Program-made: the position numbers and the translations under genes
The notes under the pieces: generated by a model
Database searches by the model: none
Seen by the model: the letters and a program-made list of their open reading frames with translations, nothing else
What the model was told of the DNA's origin: nothing
Source: Alkalispirochaeta sp.
GTDB taxonomy: Bacteria; Spirochaetota; Spirochaetia; DSM-27196; Alkalispirochaetaceae
Reading direction: 5' to 3'
DNA: 64,000 nucleotides
Assembly: GCA_965601925.1 (NCBI GenBank)
Contig: OZ271854.1
Location: 1,920,001-1,984,000, forward strand
Part shown: positions 46,226 through 56,629 of the stretch, one piece after another
How the letters are laid out: each line of letters opens with the position of its first letter
How positions within the stretch are numbered: position 1 is the first letter of the stretch

Positions 46226-47956
46226 TTGGTACATGAATTTGATGCAGTTATCGTTGGCGCCGGAGGCGCCGGGCTCTACGCAGCGCTTGAGGCAAGCAAG
46301 ACTGCGAGAACTGCGGTAATTAGTAAGCTGTATCCGCAGCGCAGTCATACCGGGGCGGCGCAGGGGGGAATCGGCGCCGCCTTGGGGAACGTGGAGGAGG
46401 ACAGTCCGGAGTGGCACGCCTTCGATACGGTGAAGGGCGGCGACTATCTCGTCGACCAGCGAGCGGCGAAGATTTTGGCGGAGGATGCGGTGAGGGCCGT
46501 CTACGACCTGGAGCACCGCGGGCTCCCCTTCAGCCGACTGGAGAACGGCAAAATCGCCCAGCGCCGTTTCGGCGGACACACGCACCACTTCGGAGAGGGT
46601 GCTGTTCACCGCTCCTGCTATGCCGCCGACCGCACGGGTCACATGATACTGCAGACCCTTTACCAGCAGTGCGTCAAAAACGACGTGCGATTCTTCGATG
46701 AGTTTCAGGTGGTCGATCTGTTGTTGGACGGAACGACGGTCAAGGGAATCGTCACCTTCGAGCTCAAGACCGGCGAGATCCACGTGTTTCGGGCCAAGGC
46801 GGTACTCTTCGCCACCGGCGGCTTCGGACGCATGTTCAAAATCACATCCAACGCCTTGGCCAACACCGGCGACGGACCGGCGATCATCGCGCGGGCCGGG
46901 ATACCGCTGGAGGACATGGAGTTCTTCCAGTTCCACCCGACCGGTATCCTCGGTATGGGCATCCTCATCACCGAGGGGGTTCGCGGTGAGGGCGGTATTC
47001 TCAAGAATCGCGACGGTGAGCGCTTCATGGAGCGGTATGCGCCGACGCTTCTCGATCTGGCCCCGCGGGACATGGTGAGCCGCGCGATCATGACCGAAGT
47101 GGCGGCCGGCCGCGGCGTGCGCGGCGATAAGAAGATCGACGATTACGTCTGGCTCGATGCGAGTCATCTCGGGCGAGAGACGGTGGAAAAGAAAATTCCC
47201 GACATCGCCGATTTCTGCCGCACCTATCTCGGCGTAGACCCCGCCGAGAAACCGATGCCCGTGCAGCCGACCGCTCACTACGCGATGGGCGGTATTCCGA
47301 CCGACGTCGACGGCAGAGTCGATACCGGCAAAGCGGTATATGACGGTCTCTATGCGGCGGGCGAGGCCGCGTGCGTCTCGGTGCACGGAGCCAATAGACT
47401 CGGAACCAACAGCTTGGTCGATTTGATCGTGTACGGCCGACGCGCCGGCATGCACATCGCCGAGTACGTCAAAAACGCACCCTCGCTTCCCGCAGGTCAG
47501 GCCGACGCCGATCGCGCCCGTGCTCGTATCGACGCACTTCGCAACCGCAAAGGTGGCCGCCACGTCGGTCCAATCATGCATCGGATGCAGGAGGTCATGA
47601 TGGAGAAAGTCGGCGTCTACCGTACGCAGGAGGCGATGGACAAAGCGGTGGAAGAGATCCGCGGCCTCCGCGAAGACTTCAAGGAGATAGCGGTTCAGGA
47701 TACCGGTGCGGGATTCAACGCCGAGGTTCTGCAGATCATGGAGCTGGAGAACCTACTGGATCTCTCCCTGGTAACTGCGGCCGGGGCGGCGAATCGAACG
47801 GAGAGCCGGGGAGCCCACGCCCGTGAGGATTATCCGGAGCGGGACGACGATGATTGGCTCAAGCATACGATGGCGACGCTCGACGGCGACCGGGTCGATA
47901 TCGACTACAAGAGTGTTGACGTGAGTATCTGGGAACCGAAACCGCGAACGTATTAA
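46226..47956 (+). CDS. sdhA: succinate dehydrogenase flavoprotein subunit
   Basis: [16 protein letters not shown] (FAD-His), [30 protein letters not shown] start behind SD GGAGG. Confidence 0.95.
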   Translation: MVHEFDAVIVGAGGAGLYAALEASKTARTAVISKLYPQRSHTGAAQGGIGAALGNVEEDSPEWHAFDTVKGGDYLVDQRAAKILAEDAVRAVYDLEHRGLPFSRLENGKIAQRRFGGHTHHFGEGAVHRSCYAADRTGHMILQTLYQQCVKNDVRFFDEFQVVDLLLDGTTVKGIVTFELKTGEIHVFRAKAVLFATGGFGRMFKITSNALANTGDGPAIIARAGIPLEDMEFFQFHPTGILGMGILITEGVRGEGGILKNRDGERFMERYAPTLLDLAPRDMVSRAIMTEVAAGRGVRGDKKIDDYVWLDASHLGRETVEKKIPDIADFCRTYLGVDPAEKPMPVQPTAHYAMGGIPTDVDGRVDTGKAVYDGLYAAGEAACVSVHGANRLGTNSLVDLIVYGRRAGMHIAEYVKNAPSLPAGQADADRARARIDALRNRKGGRHVGPIMHRMQEVMMEKVGVYRTQEAMDKAVEEIRGLREDFKEIAVQDTGAGFNAEVLQIMELENLLDLSLVTAAGAANRTESRGAHAREDYPERDDDDWLKHTMATLDGDRVDIDYKSVDVSIWEPKPRTY

Positions 47957-47972
47957 TGAGGAGCTTTGTTGT

Positions 47973-48719
47973 ATGAACGTGACACTTACGATTCAACGCT
48001 TTAATCCCGAGAGCGATGCGGAGCCGTACGTCAAGGACTACCGCGTAGAGGTAGAGCCGACGCACCGCGTCCTCGATGCGCTTATGGATATCACGCAGAA
48101 TCAAGACGGTACGTTAGGTTACCGGCGCAGTTGCGCCCATGGCGTGTGCGGTAGCGACGCGATGCGGATCAACGGGAAAGAGAAGCTGGCGTGTAAGACG
48201 CTTTTTCAGGATCTGGACGTTACCGACGGCGGTACCGTTACGATTCAAGCGCTACGCCATCTCGACGTGCAGAAGGATTTGATGGTCGATCAGGCGCCCT
48301 TTTTCGAGAAGTTCCGTAGCGTAAAGCCGTATTTCGTCCCCAAGGCGGCGGAACCGGCGTCGGGAGAATACCTACAGTCCCAGGAAGAGCGTGCGCTCTT
48401 CGACGAGGCGACGAAGTGCATCAACTGCGCCGCCTGTTACTCCGCCTGTCCGATCCTCGATACGAATCCCAAGTTTTTGGGCCCCCAGGCGATCGTCAAC
48501 GCGGCCCGGTTTATCTACGACAGCCGCGACGCCGGGCTCGAGGCGCGTATCGACGTACTGGATACCAAAGACGGTATCTGGCCGTGCGAGAGTCACTTCG
48601 AGTGCACTCGCGTCTGCCCCCGTGATATCAAAATCACCAAGTTGATCAACCTCACCAAGCGCCAGATCAAGAAGTATCGCGAGGCGCGCGGCGAGGCGAC
48701 CGCGGAAGAAAAGGCGTAA
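47973..48719 (+). CDS. sdhB: succinate dehydrogenase iron-sulfur subunit
   Basis: SCAHGVCGSD...LAC, CINCAACYSACP, CESHFECTRVCP. Confidence 0.95.
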   Translation: MNVTLTIQRFNPESDAEPYVKDYRVEVEPTHRVLDALMDITQNQDGTLGYRRSCAHGVCGSDAMRINGKEKLACKTLFQDLDVTDGGTVTIQALRHLDVQKDLMVDQAPFFEKFRSVKPYFVPKAAEPASGEYLQSQEERALFDEATKCINCAACYSACPILDTNPKFLGPQAIVNAARFIYDSRDAGLEARIDVLDTKDGIWPCESHFECTRVCPRDIKITKLINLTKRQIKKYREARGEATAEEKA

Positions 48720-48725
48720 TACACC

Positions 48726-49850
48726 ATGAAGATTCACGAGTATCAGGCGAAAGAGACGTTCGTATCGTTCGGAATCCCGGTCCAGGACCAGGAAGTGATT
48801 ACCAACGCGGAAGACGCCGGAGGCGCGACCGAGCGTATGGGCGGCTTCGTCGTCATAAAGGCGCAAGTCCTCGTCGGCGGACGCGGTAAGGCCGGCGGCG
48901 TCAAGCTCGCCAAAAGTGCCGATGAGGCGGTCGAGAAGGCGCGCGCCATTCTCGGTATGGACATAAAAGGCGAGACGGTCGAGAAGGTGCTTGTCGCGCC
49001 GGCCGCCGACATCCTCAAAGAGTATTACGTCGGCCTTATCATGGATCGCGGTTCCAAAAGAATCGTGTTAATGGTGACCAAAGAGGGTGGTGTCGACATC
49101 GAGGAGTTGGCCGTCACCGATCCGGACAAGATTCTGAAGTTTCCCATCGATATCGCGACCGGCATCGATGAGGACGGGCTCGTGGAGGTTCTGACCGACG
49201 TGTTCGAGAAACCGATGCTCATCGAGCAGGCGATCGACACGGTCAAGAAGCTCTACACGCTCTTTGTCGAGACCGACGCCTCGTTGGTAGAGATCAACCC
49301 GTACGCACTGGTCGATGAGACGACGCTCATGGCGTTGGACGCCAAGATTAACTTCGACGATAACGCACTCTATAAGCATCCCACCGTCGAGGCGATGAAG
49401 AACCCGGAAGAGTACAGCCAAGACGAGATCGACGCGAAAGAGTTCGGCTTGAGCTTCGTGAGCATGGACGGCGATATCGGATGTATCGTCAACGGAGCGG
49501 GCCTGGCGATGGCGACGATGGATATCGTGAAGCTGTACGGCGGACAGCCGGCTAACTTTCTGGACGTCGGCGGGTCTTCCAACCCCGAGAAGGTGCTCAA
49601 CGCAATTAAAATCATCCTGCGGAATCCGAAGATCCGAGCGATCCTGATCAACATCTTCGGGGGTATCACCCGTTGCGACGACATCGCAAAGGGCATCATC
49701 ATGGCGACCGACCAGATCGACATCAAAGTGCCGCTGGTGATCCGGCTCGTCGGGACCAACCAGGAAGAGGGGCGCGCCATGCTGGAGGAGAAAGGATTCT
49801 CCGTCGCCGACGACCTCAGCAGCGCCGTCCAAAAAGTCGTCGCCTCGTAG
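48726..49850 (+). CDS. sucC: succinyl-CoA synthetase beta subunit
   Basis: [40 protein letters not shown]. Confidence 0.97.
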   Translation: MKIHEYQAKETFVSFGIPVQDQEVITNAEDAGGATERMGGFVVIKAQVLVGGRGKAGGVKLAKSADEAVEKARAILGMDIKGETVEKVLVAPAADILKEYYVGLIMDRGSKRIVLMVTKEGGVDIEELAVTDPDKILKFPIDIATGIDEDGLVEVLTDVFEKPMLIEQAIDTVKKLYTLFVETDASLVEINPYALVDETTLMALDAKINFDDNALYKHPTVEAMKNPEEYSQDEIDAKEFGLSFVSMDGDIGCIVNGAGLAMATMDIVKLYGGQPANFLDVGGSSNPEKVLNAIKIILRNPKIRAILINIFGGITRCDDIAKGIIMATDQIDIKVPLVIRLVGTNQEEGRAMLEEKGFSVADDLSSAVQKVVAS

Positions 49851-49875
49851 GGCGGAGCATCGCAAGGGAGCTACA

Positions 49876-50742
49876 ATGAGCATTTTGATTGATGAAAATA
49901 CGAACGTTCTGGTGCAGGGTATTACCGGACGCGACGGGTCGTTTCACGCACGCCAGATGATCAAGGACGGAACGAAGGTAATCGGCGGCGTGACGCCCGG
50001 TAAGGGCGGACAGACCATGGACGGTGTGCCGGTCTACAACTCCGTCGGTGATGCGCAGAAAGACCACCGCGTCGATGCGACGGTGATATTCGTGCCCGCC
50101 AAGTTTGCCGCCGCGGCGGTCCGCGAGGCGGCGGACGCTAAGGTGCCGCTGATCATCACGATCACCGAGGGCGTGCCGGTCCTGGAGATGCTGGACGCCT
50201 ACCAGTACATAAAACGACAAGGCCTGCGGATGATCGGTCCCAATTGTCCGGGGCTCATCAGTCCCGGTAAGAGCAAGATCGGGATCATGCCGTACCACAT
50301 TCACCTACCCGGCAACGTCGGCGTAATCTCCCGCTCCGGGACGCTTACCTACGAGGTCGTGTACAACCTTACCAAGCATAAAATCGGACAGAGTACGTGC
50401 GTCGGTATCGGCGGCGATCCGGTCATCGGAACCAATTACATCGACGCCTTAGAGATGTTCGAGTCGGATTCCGAAACCGCGGGCGTCGTTGTCATCGGTG
50501 AGATCGGTGGTGACGACGAAGAGCACGCGGCCGAGTTCATCAAAACTAAGATGAGTAAACCGGTCGTCGCCTTCATTTCCGGTCGTACCGCTCCTCCGGG
50601 TAAGCGTATGGGACACGCGGGTGCGATCATTTCCGGCGGAAAGGGAACTCCGGAGGCCAAGGTGAAGGCGTTCGAGGACGCCGGTGTACCGGTGGCCGAC
50701 AAGCCCGACGAGATCCCGGACCTTCTCAAACAGAAACTCTGA
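49876..50742 (+). CDS. sucD: succinyl-CoA synthetase alpha subunit
   Basis: [26 protein letters not shown]. Confidence 0.97.
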   Translation: MSILIDENTNVLVQGITGRDGSFHARQMIKDGTKVIGGVTPGKGGQTMDGVPVYNSVGDAQKDHRVDATVIFVPAKFAAAAVREAADAKVPLIITITEGVPVLEMLDAYQYIKRQGLRMIGPNCPGLISPGKSKIGIMPYHIHLPGNVGVISRSGTLTYEVVYNLTKHKIGQSTCVGIGGDPVIGTNYIDALEMFESDSETAGVVVIGEIGGDDEEHAAEFIKTKMSKPVVAFISGRTAPPGKRMGHAGAIISGGKGTPEAKVKAFEDAGVPVADKPDEIPDLLKQKL

Positions 50743-50822
50743 TTGTTCAATGTGGTGCGAGCGATGCTGGTGCATAAAATTGACGGTTTCGCTCAGGAAA
50801 ATGGAGTATAATGCTTCTATAT

Positions 50823-50862
50823 CCAAGCCGCGGGTTCTCCAGACCGCGGCTTGGTGTATTTT
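50823..50862 (+). promoter_or_regulatory. 11-bp hairpin between sucD and sucA (terminator or sucA leader)
   Basis: CCAAGCCGCGG-N10-CCGCGGCTTGG-TGTATTTT, downstream of TATAAT (50807-50812). Confidence 0.5.
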
Positions 50863-50885
50863 GAACACGTGAGAGGGTCGGTTTC

Positions 50886-53795
50886 ATGGAGTTTGTAGGA
50901 ATCGCAAATGCCGGATTCGCCGAAGATCTATTCGAATCGTGGAGAGAGGATCCCGAGAGCGTCACGCCGGAGTGGAGGGCGTATTTCGAACGCTTTCGAA
51001 ACGGCGTCGTCGAACCGTCGGATGTTGCCGAGCTCGCCCGCCGGGCGGCGCAATCGGCCGAGCGCGCCGGGCCGGAGAACGGCCGGTTCGTCGCACCTGC
51101 CGGCGCGATAGCGCCGAGTGCCAAGAGTCCTTCGGCCGGCTACATCGGGCAGTCGATCGGCGCACGGGGCCAGATACCGTCGGATAAACAGGCCGGTGTC
51201 GACAGGCTGGTGTGGGCGTATCGTGATGTCGGGGCGATTTACGCGCGTCTCAATCCGCTTGGCGACTACGAGACGCCGGAGATGCGTTATATGCGTATTA
51301 CCGTCGAGGGCGCATTCGAGAGTCTCTCCATCGAGGCGTTCGGACTCAGCGAAGACGATATGGATACCGAGTTCCATACCGGCGGCTTTTTTCAGCCCGT
51401 GCGGATGCCCCTCAGAGATATCATCGCGCGGGCCAAGCAAACCTACCTCTCGACCCTGGGAGTAGAGTTTTTACATATCAAAAATCGGGTCATGCGCCGC
51501 TGGCTCATCGAGAAGATAGAGAAAGAGCAGCACCAAACCGATTGGTCGCCCGATCAGAAGATTCGCTTTCAGAAGGATCTCATCAAGGCCGAAGAGTTCG
51601 AGCACTTCGTGCATTCCAACTTCATCGGGCAGAAACGGTTCAGTTTGGAGGGCGGCGAGGGGCTGATCCCGGCCCTCCATTACCTGATCTACACCGCCGC
51701 GGACCATAAGTTGCAGGAGATCGTCGTCGGTATGGCCCACCGTGGGAGGCTCAACGTCTTTACCAATGCGATGCGCAAGCCCGCCGTGGAGACCTTTTCC
51801 AAGTTCATCGACGTCGAGCAGCCGCACCAGTACGGCGGGACCGGCGACGTCAAGTACCATCTGGGCCACAGTTTCGACTACACCGATCGGGAGACGGGCA
51901 GGACCATCCATATCTCCCTCGTCGCAAATCCAAGCCATTTAGAGGCTGTCGATCCGGTCGTCCAAGGGAAGGCGCGCGGTATTCAGCGTCGCCGAGGCGA
52001 CATCAACCGCAAAAAGGTCGTACCGGTTCTGATTCATGGAGACGCGGCCTTCAACGGTCAAGGGGTCGTCGCCGAGACGTTCAACCTGAGCCAACTGAAG
52101 GGCTACCGTACCGGCGGGACGATTCATATCATCGTCAACAACCAGATCGGCTTTACGACCGCGAGCCGTGACGCGCGCAGTACCTTCTTCGCCACCGATT
52201 TTGCCAAGAGCCTTCAGATCCCGATCTTTCACGCGAACGGCGACGATCCGGAAGCGATCGTGCGCGCGGTCGACTTGGCGATGCGATGGCGGCAAAAGTT
52301 CGGATACGACGCGGTGGTCGATATTGTTTGCTATCGCCGGCTCGGTCACAACGAGGCGGATGAGCCGTCCTACACCCATCCGATCATGTACAAAATGATA
52401 AAAGGCCATCCCAGCGCGCCGGCCATCTACGGTAAGCGGCTGGCTGAATCGAACGTATGGACCGAACAGGAGCAAGATGCGTTTCGAAAACGCTATCGCG
52501 ATGTCCTAAAACGGCAGTTGGAGATGGCGAAAGGTAACTACAAGCCGAACATGGACGACGCTTTCGAGACGGGGGAATGGACCGCGTTTCAGCGTCGGTA
52601 CAGTTTCGATCCGGTCGAGACCGGCGTCGAGGAGGCCGATTTGCGACGCATCGGCGCCGTGCTCACGACCGTTCCCGACGGATTCCACCTCCACCCCAAG
52701 CTCAAGCGGGTGGTGGCCGAACGGGCGCGCATGCTCGAGTCGGGCGAGAACATCGATTGGGGTTTTGCCGAGGCGCTCGCGTTCGCCTCGATTCTCGACG
52801 CCGGGCATCCGATTCGTCTGAGCGGCGAGGATTCGGGTCGCGGCACCTTCAGCCATCGCCACGCCGAATGGTGGGACGTCGAGCGCGAGACGCCGCACTC
52901 CCACACCCCGCTGAAGAATGTTTCGCCGAATCAGGGGAGTTTCAGCGTCTACGATAGTCCCCTCTCGGAGTTTGCAGTTCTCGGGTTCGACTACGGATAC
53001 TCCCTCGCCCAACCCAATATCCTCGTCATTTGGGAGGCGCAGTTCGGCGACTTCGTCAATGGCGCCCAAGTGGTGATCGATCAATTCATCTCTTCGAGCG
53101 AGGGTAAGTGGTTTCGTAACTCCGGTTTGGTAATGCTCCTGCCCCATGGGTACGAGGGGCAGGGGCCGGAGCACTCCAGCGCTCACCTGGAGCGGTTTCT
53201 GCAACTATGCGCCGACGACAACATGCAGGTCGTCAATCCGACACTTCCCGCGCAGTGCTTCCACCTCTTTCGACGACAGGTCCTGCAGCCGTTTCGGAAA
53301 CCGCTCATCGTGATGTCGCCCAAAAGTCTCCTTCGACACAAAGAGGCTCAGTCGAGCCTGAGTGAGCTCACCGGGGGGCATTTTCGAACCGTTCTCGACG
53401 ATCCGCTTCGACCCGAGCGGGCCGATACGCTCATATTCTGCTCCGGCAAGGTCTATTTCGATCTGGATGCTCGTCGGAAGAAGCTCGGTCTCCAAAACGT
53501 GGCGATCGTGCGGATCGAACAGCTCTATCCCTGGCCCGAGGAGGAGATCGCGCGGATCACCTCCGCATATAACGGCGCGAAACGCGTGCTGTGGGTTCAG
53601 GAAGAGAGTCACAATCGCGGCGGTTGGCACTTTGTCAACGATCGATTTGCGGCCGTCGGCCCCGTTGAATGTGTTTGTCGCAAGGCGAGTCCGTCACCGG
53701 CGACCGGCTCGTTCCGCGAACATTCGACGGAACTCGAGACGATTTTGGGTCAGGCGTTCGCGCACGCCGTCGAGGCGGCGGGGAGCGGCGGGTGA
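50886..53795 (+). CDS. sucA: 2-oxoglutarate dehydrogenase E1
   Basis: KRFSLEG, GMAHRGRLN, GDVKYHLG, HGDAAF, WEAQFGDF, PHGYEGQGPEHSS. Confidence 0.97.
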   Translation: MEFVGIANAGFAEDLFESWREDPESVTPEWRAYFERFRNGVVEPSDVAELARRAAQSAERAGPENGRFVAPAGAIAPSAKSPSAGYIGQSIGARGQIPSDKQAGVDRLVWAYRDVGAIYARLNPLGDYETPEMRYMRITVEGAFESLSIEAFGLSEDDMDTEFHTGGFFQPVRMPLRDIIARAKQTYLSTLGVEFLHIKNRVMRRWLIEKIEKEQHQTDWSPDQKIRFQKDLIKAEEFEHFVHSNFIGQKRFSLEGGEGLIPALHYLIYTAADHKLQEIVVGMAHRGRLNVFTNAMRKPAVETFSKFIDVEQPHQYGGTGDVKYHLGHSFDYTDRETGRTIHISLVANPSHLEAVDPVVQGKARGIQRRRGDINRKKVVPVLIHGDAAFNGQGVVAETFNLSQLKGYRTGGTIHIIVNNQIGFTTASRDARSTFFATDFAKSLQIPIFHANGDDPEAIVRAVDLAMRWRQKFGYDAVVDIVCYRRLGHNEADEPSYTHPIMYKMIKGHPSAPAIYGKRLAESNVWTEQEQDAFRKRYRDVLKRQLEMAKGNYKPNMDDAFETGEWTAFQRRYSFDPVETGVEEADLRRIGAVLTTVPDGFHLHPKLKRVVAERARMLESGENIDWGFAEALAFASILDAGHPIRLSGEDSGRGTFSHRHAEWWDVERETPHSHTPLKNVSPNQGSFSVYDSPLSEFAVLGFDYGYSLAQPNILVIWEAQFGDFVNGAQVVIDQFISSSEGKWFRNSGLVMLLPHGYEGQGPEHSSAHLERFLQLCADDNMQVVNPTLPAQCFHLFRRQVLQPFRKPLIVMSPKSLLRHKEAQSSLSELTGGHFRTVLDDPLRPERADTLIFCSGKVYFDLDARRKKLGLQNVAIVRIEQLYPWPEEEIARITSAYNGAKRVLWVQEESHNRGGWHFVNDRFAAVGPVECVCRKASPSPATGSFREHSTELETILGQAFAHAVEAAGSGG

Positions 53796-53859
53796 GAATC
53801 GCCGGCTTGTCCGTTGAGCGCTACGAACGGAAAGAGACAATGAGAGGAGACGGTACGCA

Positions 53860-55104
53860 ATGAAACAGGCAGTCGAGGTGCCGCAGGTCGGCGAGTCGGT
53901 CACCAGCGGCATTTTAGCGGTATGGAACGTTACCGACGGGGCCTTCGTCAACGAGGGAGAAGAGATCTTCGAACTGGAGACCGATAAGGCGACGCTTCCC
54001 GTTCCTGCGCCGGTGAGCGGAGTCATTACCATCAAGGTGTCGGCCGATGAAGAGGTAGATATCGGTGCGGTTGTGGCGGAAATCGATACGGATGCGGCCG
54101 CCCCGGCCGTCTCCGAGGCGGCACCTGCGGCCGAGGCGGCTCCCGCCACCGAGAAGCCCGTGCCGGCCTCGCAAGAGTCCTCTCCGGCGGCGACCGCCGC
54201 CGACGCCCTTTCCCCGGCGGTACGCCGCGCTCTTGAGGAGCACGGCCTCGATTCCGCAACCGTAGCGGCCGCCGTCACTCCTTCCGGAAAGGATGGGCGG
54301 CTGACCAAGGGCGACGTCGAGTCGTTTGTAAGGGATAAGCGTTCCTCCGGTGCCCCGTTGTCGCCGGCACCGGCGGCCTCCGAACGGCCCCCCGCGGGCG
54401 GCGCCGAGCGTCAAGAGCGAAAGAAAATGACCAACCTGCGCCGGACAATCGCGGAGAATCTGGTGCGTAGTAAACAGCAGAGTGCCCATCTTACGACCTT
54501 TAACGAGGTCGATATGAGCGGGATCATCGCGATGCGCACCCGTTACAAAGACCGTTTCGAACAGAAGCACGGCGTCCGCCTCGGTTTCATGAGCTTCTTC
54601 GTGAAGGCCGCGCAGCGAGCTCTGGTCGAGTTTCCGGCGGTCAACGCCTTCGTCGACGGCGATGAGATTATCTACAACTATTTTTACAACATCGGTGTCG
54701 CGATCTCGACCGACGCCGGGTTGGTGGTGCCGGTACTTAAGAATGCCGACTCCCTCGGTTTTGCCGACATCGAGTCGAAGATCGCCGACTTTGCCGCACG
54801 AGCGCGGGCGAGGCGCCTTTTGCCGGACGAGTTTACCGGCGGTACCTTTTCGATAACCAACGGCGGCGTGTTCGGCAGCATGTTGTCGACGCCGATTCCC
54901 AACCCGCCTCAGACGGCGATTCTGGGAATGCATGCAATCAACAAGCGCGCCGTCGTCGTGGACGACGAGATCGTCGTCAGGCCCATGATGTACGTGGCGC
55001 TTACCTACGATCATCGCATCATCGACGGCCGGGGAGCGATCGGATTTCTGGGCACGATCAAACATCTCGTCGAGGAGCCGGCACAGCTCCTTTTGGATCT
55101 GTAG
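53860..55104 (+). CDS. sucB: dihydrolipoamide succinyltransferase E2
   Basis: Lipoyl ETDKA, Ala/Pro linker, GKDGRLTK, TYDHRIIDG. Confidence 0.96.
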   Translation: MKQAVEVPQVGESVTSGILAVWNVTDGAFVNEGEEIFELETDKATLPVPAPVSGVITIKVSADEEVDIGAVVAEIDTDAAAPAVSEAAPAAEAAPATEKPVPASQESSPAATAADALSPAVRRALEEHGLDSATVAAAVTPSGKDGRLTKGDVESFVRDKRSSGAPLSPAPAASERPPAGGAERQERKKMTNLRRTIAENLVRSKQQSAHLTTFNEVDMSGIIAMRTRYKDRFEQKHGVRLGFMSFFVKAAQRALVEFPAVNAFVDGDEIIYNYFYNIGVAISTDAGLVVPVLKNADSLGFADIESKIADFAARARARRLLPDEFTGGTFSITNGGVFGSMLSTPIPNPPQTAILGMHAINKRAVVVDDEIVVRPMMYVALTYDHRIIDGRGAIGFLGTIKHLVEEPAQLLLDL

Positions 55105-55181
55105 ACGCAACGTGATGATCAGATGCGGCGGAGCCGTCTGCGCCGACGATGAACGGTCCGCCGCGGCCGATGAGGAGTGAG

Positions 55182-56615
55182 ATGGTGAGTGAATACGATA
55201 CGATTGTCCTCGGCGGCGGCCCCGGTGGGTATGTCGCGGCGATTCGATCGAGTCAGTTGGGGCTCAAGACCGCCCTTTTGGAGAAGCGCTCGACCTTGGG
55301 GGGAACGTGCCTCAACATTGGGTGCATTCCCTCGAAGGCGCTTTTGGACACGAGCGAATTTTTTGCGCGCGCCCGCGACGAGGCGGCGCATCACGGGATC
55401 ACGATTGAGAATCTGGCGATCGATCCGGCGACGATGCACAAGCGTAAGGATCAGGTCGTCGGAAAGTTGACCGGTGGCGTCGCGACGCTCATGAAGATCA
55501 ATGGAATAGACGTCCATCACGGCGTCGGATGGGTGCGCGATGCGGGTCGTATCGACGTTCTTCCCCCGGACACGGTAGAGGAAGGCACCGACTCGGCAAA
55601 GGCGATCGCCACGCTCACGGGAAAGAATCTCGTGCTTGCGACCGGTTCGGTGCCGATCGAACTTCCGTTCCTGCCGCTCGATGGAAAAACGATCGTCGAT
55701 TCCACCGGTGCGCTCGCCTTCGATACCGTGCCGGAGCACCTGGTCGTAGTCGGCGGAGGCGTGATCGGATTGGAGCTCGGGAGTGTCTGGTCCCGCCTCG
55801 GTGCGAAAGTGACGGTGGTAGAGGTGTTGCCGTCGATTATGAACGGGTGGGATGCCGAGGTCGTCAAAACGATGAAACGTGAGCTCGGCAAGCAGGGCAT
55901 CGAGTTTCTGCTGGAGACCAAGGTTGAAGGTGTCAAGGTAAGTCGCGGCAAAGCGACGCTCAACGCCACCGATAAAAAAGGGGGCGCCGTCGAGCTCAAA
56001 GCGGACAAGGTTCTCGTGGCGGTCGGCCGTCGTCCGTACCTGGAGGGCGCCAACCTCGAAGTCCTGGGCTTGGAGATGGAGCAGCGGCGCGTGAAAGTCG
56101 ATGCTCATTTTCGTACCTCCGTGGCGGGCGTATGGGCGATCGGCGATATCATTCACGGCCCCATGCTCGCTCACAAGGCGGAGGACGAAGGGGCGGCCGT
56201 GGCCGAACGGATTGCCGGTAAGGCGGGCCACGTCAACTACGACGCCATACCCAATGTCATCTATACCTGGCCGGAGGCCGCGAGCGTGGGGAAGACCGAG
56301 GAGCAACTCAAAGAGGCCGGTGTCGAATACAACCGCGGCAGCTTTCCGTTCGGCGCCAACGGACGCGCCCTGGCGATGGGTTCGACGGGGGGGTTCGTAA
56401 AGATCCTGGCCGATGCACGGAGCGACCGAGTGCTGGGCGCCCATATTGTGGGACCGTGGGCGAGCGACCTGCTTGCCGAGATCGTGTCGGTCATCGAGTT
56501 CGGTGGAAGCGCGGAGGATATCGCGCGCACCGTCCATTCGCATCCGACACTTACCGAGGTCGTCAAAGAGGCGGCTCTCGGTGTCGATGGGCGGATGATA
56601 CACGCTAAAAACTGA
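55182..56615 (+). CDS. lpdA: dihydrolipoamide dehydrogenase E3
   Basis: GGGPGGY, GGTCLNIGCIPSK, GGGVIG, HSHPTLTE; SD GAGGAG. Confidence 0.97.
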   Translation: MVSEYDTIVLGGGPGGYVAAIRSSQLGLKTALLEKRSTLGGTCLNIGCIPSKALLDTSEFFARARDEAAHHGITIENLAIDPATMHKRKDQVVGKLTGGVATLMKINGIDVHHGVGWVRDAGRIDVLPPDTVEEGTDSAKAIATLTGKNLVLATGSVPIELPFLPLDGKTIVDSTGALAFDTVPEHLVVVGGGVIGLELGSVWSRLGAKVTVVEVLPSIMNGWDAEVVKTMKRELGKQGIEFLLETKVEGVKVSRGKATLNATDKKGGAVELKADKVLVAVGRRPYLEGANLEVLGLEMEQRRVKVDAHFRTSVAGVWAIGDIIHGPMLAHKAEDEGAAVAERIAGKAGHVNYDAIPNVIYTWPEAASVGKTEEQLKEAGVEYNRGSFPFGANGRALAMGSTGGFVKILADARSDRVLGAHIVGPWASDLLAEIVSVIEFGGSAEDIARTVHSHPTLTEVVKEAALGVDGRMIHAKN

Positions 56616-56629
56616 GGAGAGAGGAGACA

